IMG/VR virus record: IMGVR_UViG_3300025771_000138
Strand: one strand, 5' to 3'
Length of the DNA: 28,043 nt
Source of the DNA: a virus
This document shows, piece after piece, positions 19,380 through 27,052 of the stretch. A program made the translations under genes and the position numbers. Under the pieces are notes generated by a model. It had not been told where the DNA came from and did no database searches. It saw nothing but the letters and a program-made list of their open reading frames with translations. Every line of letters starts with the position of its first letter. Position 1 is the stretch's first letter.

Positions 19380-20387
19380 TCATGCATTCATAGCTTTCAT
19401 TAAATCTTTCATGTCCATTTTGCCACCTTTTTCTTTTAACATGCTAGATAATGATCTACCTTCTGTTTGTTTGTAGCCCAAATGATCGTAATCTTCCTGT
19501 TTTGCTCCGACTATTGTGGATGCTCCATCTTTATCTAGATTCTTCAGAACGTTCTTGGCTTTTTCTTGAGAATTAACGTAATCAATAATTTTATCAGGAT
19601 CTCTTTTGATACCTTCTGGTATTTTAGGGTAGTTCTCAAAAATATTCTTGAACATCCTAGAATAAACTATCAGCTTTACTTGATTGATAGATAATTTGAA
19701 TAATGGCTTATCGTAAAAGTTGCGCACATCCTCGCAAAAGGGCATATACATTTGAAAAAAGTCTTGTAACGTGACTTTCTGAATATTTGTGTCTTCAAAA
19801 CATATGAACTTACTATTGTATGTTGATATGACGTAAGTTAATTCTTCTGCATCCAGCTCATCAACGTCGGAAAGATCAAAAAATGATTCCGTTAAATCAG
19901 CGTCCTTATAAAAAGAGCAAATAATATAATGTTCTGAAACTCGTTTTTCCGCGAACTTTTCTGCAGTTTGCCCCATTAATTCGCGTTTTTTGTAATATAA
20001 GATGTTGTATTCTTGGTTAGCTTTTTTTAAATCTTCGTCAACGGAATTAATTTCTGATAATCTATAAAGATTTTTTCTTGTGTTTTGCAAGCTATCCACA
20101 TACTGACGCTGCTTTACTATTTTGGACTCATCATCAGAAGTCCAAATTTCATTATCTGTAATATAAGCAAGGGCCTCCTCTTCTGTAGGGAGACCCATAG
20201 TCTTAGCTTTGTTGATGAACTCATCACGTATTTTTTCTACGTGAATTTGATCAAAAACAGATAAATGTTTTATGTAAACAAGTTGATTTTCAAATAAGAA
20301 GCTAGAATAGCCAAAAGCTATATCTCTAAAAACTTCCCTATAATTAACATCATTCTTCTGCGGCTGGCTCTGCTTTTGGTTGCTCAT
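19380..20387 (-). CDS. Putative tail assembly chaperone, downstream gene (335 aa)
   Basis: Directly upstream of the TMP; charged and helical; distant parallel to 20350-21186. Confidence 0.55.
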   Translation of the reverse strand: MSNQKQSQPQKNDVNYREVFRDIAFGYSSFLFENQLVYIKHLSVFDQIHVEKIRDEFINKAKTMGLPTEEEALAYITDNEIWTSDDESKIVKQRQYVDSLQNTRKNLYRLSEINSVDEDLKKANQEYNILYYKKRELMGQTAEKFAEKRVSEHYIICSFYKDADLTESFFDLSDVDELDAEELTYVISTYNSKFICFEDTNIQKVTLQDFFQMYMPFCEDVRNFYDKPLFKLSINQVKLIVYSRMFKNIFENYPKIPEGIKRDPDKIIDYVNSQEKAKNVLKNLDKDGASTIVGAKQEDYDHLGYKQTEGRSLSSMLKEKGGKMDMKDLMKAMNA

Positions 20388-21186
20388 CGTTAACGATTTC
20401 TTCTGCTACCTCATCATTATCCTGTAAAAATGCGTCAACATCTTCTTTGCTAAACTCTGTGCCACTAAAGTACCAGTAACTTATAATCGCAGATACTTTA
20501 CCGATAACCTTGAGAAAGAATTCGTCATCTGCTTCATCTTTTTCGTAATAATCATCCATTTTATCCTTAAAGGTTTCTCCTTTAAAGAATAATTTATAGT
20601 CAGGAATGTTGAGAGCCAAACTTTTATAATATGTCAAATTTAATACATACCACATCATAACACGATTTTGAGCTTTAACATCGGCGGTATGATTAAATAA
20701 AACACGGTAGTCAGATTCTGTTTCTATGATTTTGCGCTTGATTTCTGCTATTCTAACATCATAGTCTGATAGCTTTTTGCGGAGTTTTTCATCTTGTTTA
20801 TCCAATCCTTTAACGGATAAATGAGAAATTTCACGCTCAATTTCAGCAGCTTCTTTGTATAAATTAAGTAGATCTCTTGCTTCTTCTTCAGCTAAAGCGC
20901 CGCCAGTATCAGCGTACTTCTTGGCCAACATGGCTTTGGTTAGAATACCTTTCTTAACACATTCGCTCATACAAATAGAAAATTCTGTTTCGGCGTCTTC
21001 TAATTGTCGGCGTGAAGGCTTCTTAATCAAGACTTCAACTGGTACTTCTTTTTTAACCTTTTTCTTGATTTCTACTTCCTCTTCAACCCCCTGATCGTTT
21101 GTGCGTTTTTCTTTGGTTGATTCTTCGACTTCTTTTTCAAAGTCTACAGTAAATGTATAAAGCTCTTTTAACATAAAATGACTCAT
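20350..21186 (-). CDS. Putative tail assembly chaperone, upstream gene (278 aa)
   Basis: IKKPSRRQLEDAE...GILTKAML...TADVKAQNR pattern; acidic coiled coil; position before the TMP. Confidence 0.55.
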   Translation of the reverse strand: MSHFMLKELYTFTVDFEKEVEESTKEKRTNDQGVEEEVEIKKKVKKEVPVEVLIKKPSRRQLEDAETEFSICMSECVKKGILTKAMLAKKYADTGGALAEEEARDLLNLYKEAAEIEREISHLSVKGLDKQDEKLRKKLSDYDVRIAEIKRKIIETESDYRVLFNHTADVKAQNRVMMWYVLNLTYYKSLALNIPDYKLFFKGETFKDKMDDYYEKDEADDEFFLKVIGKVSAIISYWYFSGTEFSKEDVDAFLQDNDEVAEEIVNDEQPKAEPAAEE

Positions 21187-21192
21187 ATATAG

Positions 21193-21239
21193 TAATTAAA
21201 ACACTCTATTTTTCTAAAAAAAGATAATAAAGTGTATAA
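21193..21239. promoter_or_regulatory. Back-to-back divergent promoter region
   Basis: Plus strand AAAGTGTATAA at 21229-21239; minus strand variant AGAGTGTTTTAAT (ACACT at 21201-21205), in a 61-nt gap between divergent genes. Confidence 0.6.
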
Positions 21240-21247
21240 TAACATGT

Positions 21248-21697
21248 ATGGCAAGCTTAATAACTGCAGCTGAGAAAAGCGCTTTGAATAGTGTCATGAA
21301 TAGTGTTCATGATACTTTTTCAAGATTGATTACTGTATACAAAGATGCGGTACAAACCGTGACGACTCAAAGTACGTCATTTAACTCTATTTATGGCAAC
21401 GCTGGAGCTACTACTAGTATCACTTACACACCTCAAAGCTCTCAAATTTACGCTGCTATTTTATACGCTAGAAGATTTGATGAAGACTATTTTGCCGATC
21501 AACAAGATTCGCAGCTTAAAATCAAAATGCAAGAAGGCAGAATAAGAGTTAAAATAAAAGCATCTGATTATAGCACAGTAAAAGACGGCAAAAGATTTGA
21601 GTTTGATGGGCAACAGTTTTTCAGAGACAGTGATTTTAGAGCGCATGGATTATTTGATGTGCAGTTTTATACGTTTTATGTGAAATCTTCTCAGTAA
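21248..21697 (+). CDS. Putative head closure / head-tail joining protein (149 aa)
   Basis: Size, beta-rich pattern ending RFEFDGQQF...YTFYV, and first position in the neck-tube block. Confidence 0.55.
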   Translation: MASLITAAEKSALNSVMNSVHDTFSRLITVYKDAVQTVTTQSTSFNSIYGNAGATTSITYTPQSSQIYAAILYARRFDEDYFADQQDSQLKIKMQEGRIRVKIKASDYSTVKDGKRFEFDGQQFFRDSDFRAHGLFDVQFYTFYVKSSQ

Positions 21698-21700
21698 AAT

Positions 21701-22297
21701 ATGGTCAAAAAAATAACAAAAAAAGATATAGAATCAACTTTATCTGCGTTACATTTGACCATTCAGTGGAAGAAAGAAGTAAAACGAGTAGCAGAAGCAG
21801 AAATGAGAGAAATATCTCAAGCTTTTTTAAAAGCTTTTATGGAGCATCCTGTTACAAAAGAAATTTTAGAAGGTCCTGATGCAGCAAATACTAGTGGCAC
21901 GTTAGGCGGGTATTCTAATTTATATGGTTTTATAGGGTTTTACGAAGGAGATAATCCGATATTACCTTTAGAAAATTTATTAAAAAAATATGCTGTAAAA
22001 GTATACAGCAGAAAAGGCAGCACAACTGTAAATATAGAAGTGCCAACATTAGAAGAAGCTTTTGCTATTACTCCTATGCCTTGGGCGACAGGAAGATCTT
22101 GGGCGAGAGGAATAGAAGTTGGCATATCAGGTTTAGGACAATATTTGGCAATAGATGCTGCAAGTTCAAGATCTGGTGAGGGCATACAAGCTAAAAATAA
22201 TCTAAGAGGAGGAAGCTTCACAAGAACGTCTTATTTATCTGGATTATTTAAAAAATACAATGACAGTATTAAAAAATTAAAAAATCAATTTAGATGA
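21701..22297 (+). CDS. Putative neck / tail completion protein (198 aa)
   Basis: Basic protein between the head-closure-like and terminator-like genes; assignment mainly by synteny. Confidence 0.45.
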   Translation: MVKKITKKDIESTLSALHLTIQWKKEVKRVAEAEMREISQAFLKAFMEHPVTKEILEGPDAANTSGTLGGYSNLYGFIGFYEGDNPILPLENLLKKYAVKVYSRKGSTTVNIEVPTLEEAFAITPMPWATGRSWARGIEVGISGLGQYLAIDAASSRSGEGIQAKNNLRGGSFTRTSYLSGLFKKYNDSIKKLKNQFR

Positions 22298-23154
22298 AAC
22301 CAGTATTTCAACATGAATTATTAAGTAGTTTTTACTTATGGTTTGATTCTTACCTTATGAGGAAAGGTGAGGCTTACGAAACTTTTACTACCAATTTTTA
22401 TCATTATAGCGATGAACGTATTACTGATAAAGTTGTATTTGGTAGTCCTTACAAACAATTTGTTTACGACGAATCTGTGAATGGAGCGGTGGTAATAGAA
22501 GCTTTGAGCGGAAACGGAACAGAAATAACAAAAGGCACTAGCGGAATGATGATTGACTATGAAAATGGTCGAGTACTTTTTGATAGTGATTTTGCTACAG
22601 GAACGAATATTAGCGGCAGATACAGTGTCAAAAATTTTAACACCTACATTTCTAACCAAAATGAAGAGCAGTTAATTTTAGAAGGCAAATATGAAACCAA
22701 CAGCAGATACACCCGTTCTCTTACTTACGTTGCGCCGTATGCTCAAGTTACTCCTGCTGCATTTTTAACAGTAGAAAACGTAAACAATCAACCATTTGCT
22801 TTGGGCGGTCAAGACAACACAATAACAAATGCTAAAGCTGTTGTGTTTGCTGAAAATATTTATGAGCTTGACGGCATATTATCTGTATTTGCTGATTCAA
22901 CTAAAACTTGCTTTGCTAACATTCCTTTTACAGGTGCTCCGCTTGACGAGTATGGAGATGTAAAATCTGATCATTATCCTAACGGGTATAATTATACTGG
23001 TTTAGCGAATAATTATCAGGATGACATATACATGATACACAACACAACGGTATCGAAATTTTCAGATAGGGCGCGTAGGGTCTTGGAGCCCTCGTTATAT
23101 GTGGGATTCATAGATTTTGAAATTCACAAGTATCGCTACCCAAGATCATCTTAA
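22294..23154 (+). CDS. Putative tail terminator protein (286 aa)
   Basis: Directly precedes the tube gene; P..FLTVE....PFALGG.D pattern; assignment mainly by synteny. Confidence 0.5.
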   Translation: MKPVFQHELLSSFYLWFDSYLMRKGEAYETFTTNFYHYSDERITDKVVFGSPYKQFVYDESVNGAVVIEALSGNGTEITKGTSGMMIDYENGRVLFDSDFATGTNISGRYSVKNFNTYISNQNEEQLILEGKYETNSRYTRSLTYVAPYAQVTPAAFLTVENVNNQPFALGGQDNTITNAKAVVFAENIYELDGILSVFADSTKTCFANIPFTGAPLDEYGDVKSDHYPNGYNYTGLANNYQDDIYMIHNTTVSKFSDRARRVLEPSLYVGFIDFEIHKYRYPRSS

Positions 23155-23215
23155 AAAAACTTCTCAAAATGAGATAAAAAATGTAAATTACTTTAAAATT
23201 TAACAATTAAATATT

Positions 23216-24595
23216 ATGGCAAGAAATAGAATAATTTATCAAAGTCAGGCTTTATTCATAGGCCCGAACTCAACAGGTTACCATTTGCAAAAGGCACCTG
23301 CTGGTACAAGCGACGCTAATACTGCAACTTGGTCTGGCGTAACAGGATTAACTCATGCTGGAGCTGAAGCAGATGCAATTACAAGATCATTGGTGCTTCC
23401 TTTGGAAAGAATACAATCAGCTAACTTTAATTTTTCAATTAACAGAATCGATGTTAATGAATTCGGTAAGTTGGCTCGTCTTGATTCTATTGTAACTGAA
23501 GCTCCAACTGTCGGATTAGATTTTAATTATTACCTTACAGATGGTGGCAACGAAAGAAAATTAGGTTTCAATATCCCAACTACTGGTGCAGCTAGAGCAA
23601 GCGCTAGTTCTTTCTATGACGCAGATGATTTAGCTATGTCTGGTTATAGCGCCTTGTCAGGTCAAATTGATGACACCCAAGGTAACAACTACTACATTCT
23701 TCTCACTAAAGAAGGTGAAGATGTAGATGGAGATACAAAATCTTCTAGCGCAGATGATTTTGATGTTGTAGCTATTGGTAATGGATTTATTACTGATTAC
23801 TCTGTTGAAGCGGCTGTTGGTTCATTGCCTACTGCTTCTGTAACAGTTGAAGCTTTTAATATCAAGGTTGATAATACAATGTCTGGAGCTACCAACTACT
23901 TACCAGCTGTTGGTCTTGAAAGTGGTATTCAATATACAGGTCAAGCTGCTCCTACTTACAATTACACTATTCAGGGCAATGAAGCTCAAGGCACTACCAC
24001 TCTTGATACTGAAGGATCTTCAGCAATCAAGGCTTTAAGGCCCGGAGATTTAGTTCTTACAATTAGCAATGCTTCTACTTACCAAGGTCTTGCTACTTTG
24101 GATGGCGATGGAAAAGCTCATATACAAAGCTTCACTATCAGCACTCCTATGAGTAGAACAGTGCTACAAAGACTTGGAAATACCTTTGGATATGCTAGAG
24201 TTATTGACTTACCATTAAACATGGAAGTTTCAATTTCTGCTGTTATGTCTGAACTCAAGAAGAGTAACATTTTCCATACTCTTTGTAATACCACAACTCA
24301 TAATTTCACTCTTGATCTTTATGGTTGTGATAGTGCTACTGGAACCAGAAGCTCAAGCAAATCTCTAAGATTTGAAGTCAAAGGAGCTCGCTTAGAAAGT
24401 GAAACTTTCTCTAGTGCAATTGGTGACAATCAAACTGTTGATATTACATTTAGTTGTCAAATTGGTGGCGCTAATGATCAAAATAACGGCTTATTCATGG
24501 AAGGTACTTATCCTCTTTACAGATGCTTAAAGTACTTACCTCTTGGCGCAAACAAAGGAGTTGCAAGTTCTTACAACCCACACGAAATCGCCTAA
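23216..24595 (+). CDS. Major tail tube protein with tandem tube domains (459 aa)
   Basis: MARNRIIYQSQALF start; two similar halves (RIQSANFNFSINR..V.EFG / HIQSFTISTPMSR..L.RLG); followed by a strong terminator. Confidence 0.75.
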   Translation: MARNRIIYQSQALFIGPNSTGYHLQKAPAGTSDANTATWSGVTGLTHAGAEADAITRSLVLPLERIQSANFNFSINRIDVNEFGKLARLDSIVTEAPTVGLDFNYYLTDGGNERKLGFNIPTTGAARASASSFYDADDLAMSGYSALSGQIDDTQGNNYYILLTKEGEDVDGDTKSSSADDFDVVAIGNGFITDYSVEAAVGSLPTASVTVEAFNIKVDNTMSGATNYLPAVGLESGIQYTGQAAPTYNYTIQGNEAQGTTTLDTEGSSAIKALRPGDLVLTISNASTYQGLATLDGDGKAHIQSFTISTPMSRTVLQRLGNTFGYARVIDLPLNMEVSISAVMSELKKSNIFHTLCNTTTHNFTLDLYGCDSATGTRSSSKSLRFEVKGARLESETFSSAIGDNQTVDITFSCQIGGANDQNNGLFMEGTYPLYRCLKYLPLGANKGVASSYNPHEIA

Positions 24596-24609
24596 TAATT
24601 AATAAAAGT

Positions 24610-24638
24610 AAAGCCCCCCAGAAATGGGGGGCTTTTTT
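24610..24638 (+). terminator. Rho-independent terminator, probably bidirectional
   Basis: AAAGCCCCCCA-GAAA-TGGGGGGCTTT perfect 11-bp stem with a T-tract after it and A-rich sequence before it; lies between convergent genes. Confidence 0.9.
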
Positions 24639-24649
24639 ATTACATTAAA

Positions 24650-24722
24650 CTGGTTGCCCGAATCAGGTATCCCCTTGTAGATAGACCCGATCCGTGCAGG
24701 TCTCTAATATAGAGTCAACCAG
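24650..24722 (-). ncRNA. Candidate 73-nt structured RNA (closing stem plus up to four hairpins)
   Basis: CTGGTTG/CAACCAG terminal stem. Inner CTCTA/TAGAG, AGACCT/GGGTCT, TATCT/GGATA and CCTG/CGGG stems; three need G-U pairs that work only on the minus strand. Confidence 0.45.
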
Positions 24723-24728
24723 AAAATT

Positions 24729-25121
24729 TTAAAAACCTTCTATGATTTTCTTAGCTTTTTCATGATCAGGATGATCAGGATGCATAATATCTAGTTCCTG
24801 TTGAAGCACAACAGATCGTGCGCCTTTTGTCACCCTAATAAACTCTTTTTTTAAAGCTTCTTTAAGTCTAGATTTTTCATGGCTAGGGAATATACCAACC
24901 TTTTGGCATAATCGCTGTAAATCAGCCAAATTGCTGTCTCTAAGCTTCTCTTCAAAAATATGTGGGTCATTAGTGCCAAATGGATTAACTTGCTTTATAC
25001 CTAAAGCTTCTTCAAGCTCTTTGGTCTTGCGAATATCTTCATCTTCTAATTTTCCGCTTGAAAAATTACTAAGATCTTCTACAGAAGTGATCTTCTTAGT
25101 TTGTTTTTTACGTTTTGTCAT
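24729..25121 (-). CDS. Small charged protein (130 aa) with a possible HeH/SAP/Rho-N-like helix pair
   Basis: Start moved to ATG 25121 (MTKRKKQ) because the track's extension crosses a terminator. Motif LRDSNLADLQRLCQKVGI....EKSRLKEAL. Confidence 0.7.
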   Translation of the reverse strand: MTKRKKQTKKITSVEDLSNFSSGKLEDEDIRKTKELEEALGIKQVNPFGTNDPHIFEEKLRDSNLADLQRLCQKVGIFPSHEKSRLKEALKKEFIRVTKGARSVVLQQELDIMHPDHPDHEKAKKIIEGF

Positions 25122-25159
25122 ATCTATATATATTACAGTTGAATATTGGTTATTCAAAT

Positions 25160-25189
25160 AAAAAAGCGCCGCCCCCGAAGGGACGGCGC
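25160..25189 (-). terminator. Rho-independent terminator after the major capsid gene
   Basis: Minus strand GCGCCGTCCC-TTCG-GGGGCGGCGC then TTTTTT; 10-bp stem with a C(UUCG)G tetraloop. Confidence 0.92.
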
Positions 25190-25212
25190 AAAACAAGCCT
25201 CTGAAAAACAGA

Positions 25213-26364
25213 TTACATAATCAAGCCAACTAAAGCTCTGTTGTCGAGGACCATACGGCCTTCTTCAAGAGATCCATAGTAACCGATTCTCTGCTGACGA
25301 GAGGAGAACTGATCGTCTGCGACTAAGTTGAACTCAGAACCAGTGTCAGAATCAACAGCAATGGCGCGAACTAAGGCGTCACGGCTACGATCAAGACCAA
25401 TGATGATTTCTTCTGAAGCACCATTAAAGGCACCAGCAGAACCACCAGTGTGACCAGCGTAAGAAGTTGAACCAGCAACAGTGTCAAACACAGTGTTGAA
25501 ACGCTTGCCAACACCCATCTCAAGAACTTCCATAATGGAAACACCGTAGAACTCAGTTAATCCGCTCTGAGAGAAGATTTGAGCTCTAACGTTGTCAGTT
25601 AAAGCGATAGGGTTAGAAGAAGCCCCAACAGCAGAGCCATTAGGAGCAACAGTGTTAACAGGGTTGTAAGCTAATGCACGAATCTGCTCAACAACTTCAG
25701 GAGAAACCAAGAGATCAGTGATTCCACGGCGAGCGCCAGTAGGAGTACCTCCAACAAAGGAAGCATTGATTCTCTTAGCTTTGGTGAACAATTTGTTTAA
25801 ATCCTCTAAGAGGAATCTGTTCGCCTGTGCTGTACGGAAAACGTGACGATTGCTTTCGGCAGTTGTGCTTGTTCCAGTAGAAGCAGCAGCGGCAGCAGTA
25901 AAAAGAAGATTTGCGGATGTTCTTTCTTGCTTTAATAAGACTTCCTGTGCAACACGGGTGAAAGTCTTGCCAACAACATCTAAACGGGAACGAGAAGCAT
26001 ACTTGCGATCAAAAGAAACAGCTGAATCCAAGTGATAGGTGGTGAACTTCAACTCAGCAGCAGTAGGCTGCACATAGTTGGTAGGAAGACCACCAGCCAC
26101 GGACTGGCTGTAAACTTTGATATAATCCTCGTCAAAAATGTCATGATAAAGGTCCAAAGGAATGGAAGGATTGTCATCAGCGTTGAACTGAAGAGAAGTA
26201 AACAAGTTACTAATCGTAGGAGCATTGTTGATAACCTCTGCCAAAACAGGACCGATGAATTCGGCTAAGGCAACCTGTGCGGCGTAAGCAACATCTCTGT
26301 TGCGTGAAGCCATAGCCTTAATCAATTCAACTTGTTCGTCGGTTCTTTTAAGAGTAATATTCAT
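25213..26364 (-). CDS. Major capsid protein, HK97 fold expected (383 aa)
   Basis: Size, position after protease/scaffold and decoration genes, own terminator, AAAGGA upstream of the ATG, and capsid-like segments (LDVVG..FTRVAQEVL..E; YGS.EEG..VLDNRA). Confidence 0.85.
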   Translation of the reverse strand: MNITLKRTDEQVELIKAMASRNRDVAYAAQVALAEFIGPVLAEVINNAPTISNLFTSLQFNADDNPSIPLDLYHDIFDEDYIKVYSQSVAGGLPTNYVQPTAAELKFTTYHLDSAVSFDRKYASRSRLDVVGKTFTRVAQEVLLKQERTSANLLFTAAAAASTGTSTTAESNRHVFRTAQANRFLLEDLNKLFTKAKRINASFVGGTPTGARRGITDLLVSPEVVEQIRALAYNPVNTVAPNGSAVGASSNPIALTDNVRAQIFSQSGLTEFYGVSIMEVLEMGVGKRFNTVFDTVAGSTSYAGHTGGSAGAFNGASEEIIIGLDRSRDALVRAIAVDSDTGSEFNLVADDQFSSRQQRIGYYGSLEEGRMVLDNRALVGLIM

Positions 26365-26383
26365 TTTCTATAAATCCTTTCTA

Positions 26384-27043
26384 TTAAGCAGTGTAAGTAC
26401 TGCTGAGAGAGCAATCCAACTGAACTAGAGCGTACTGCGCTGTGCCAGTTCCTGCGAATTGATCGGCCACACCAAGCTGAGAAGTTCTGTTACCAGTTCC
26501 CAAAATGGTTCCAACAACGGTTTCGCCTGAGGTGCTTGCCCAAGCAACACCAGAGAGCTTACCTGCGTTTGCAGAGATAACAGCAAGATTGCCGGGAGCA
26601 AAATTGGAGTCTTTCTCGTAAGCGTTTTCATCAAAGGTGAATAAACCTTTGGTAGCGACAGGAACAGCCTGACCACTTAAAACAGCCTGAAGCTCATCGC
26701 GCTTGATAGGGTTGTAGATAAGTTTTTCACCGTTCTCGTCGGTTTCGACTGTTTGTCTCAAGGTAACACCGAGAACAGGAGCGTCCTTGGTGGCAGCAGT
26801 AGCTCTCAAAGCAACGGTAGGATACTTGTCTGCGCCCAAGAATGGGTAGTCAGTTTTTCCGAGGTAGCTGCTATCGATTAAATCGATAACGTCTTTGTTG
26901 AGATTGCCGCTCAATACCTTGACCATAACTCCAGCACTGCCGTTTCCGTTAGTGCTAGGCGTAGAGTCAACTGTTTGATTAGCAAACAAATTGACTACAT
27001 CATTGTCAGAATATTGTCTGAATGGTAATAATCTAAGTGCCAT
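26384..27043 (-). CDS. Capsid decoration / cement protein (219 aa)
   Basis: Between scaffold and capsid genes; LGVTL...QAVLSGQAVPVATKGLFT; beta-rich, small residues. Confidence 0.7.
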   Translation of the reverse strand: MALRLLPFRQYSDNDVVNLFANQTVDSTPSTNGNGSAGVMVKVLSGNLNKDVIDLIDSSYLGKTDYPFLGADKYPTVALRATAATKDAPVLGVTLRQTVETDENGEKLIYNPIKRDELQAVLSGQAVPVATKGLFTFDENAYEKDSNFAPGNLAVISANAGKLSGVAWASTSGETVVGTILGTGNRTSQLGVADQFAGTGTAQYALVQLDCSLSSTYTA

Positions 27044-27052
27044 AATGTTTTA

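Noticed and set aside
20350-20430. Programmed -1 frameshift between the chaperone genes
   Set aside because: The overlap is in the +1 frame; GCATTTTTAC is not a canonical slippery heptamer and lies upstream of an in-frame TAG.
24650-24722. tRNA or a named ribozyme/riboswitch
   Set aside because: The length and 7-bp stem are tRNA-like, but there is no TTCRA T-loop, D-loop or 7-nt anticodon arm. Hammerhead and twister-sister core motifs are not matched.
21187-24728. Invertase-controlled switch for the inverted block
   Set aside because: No convincing inverted repeats at the two junctions and no recombinase in the window.
25122-25196. N-terminal extension of the 155-aa ORF
   Set aside because: It runs through the GC-rich terminator hairpin and AT-rich spacer; ATG 25121 is more plausible.
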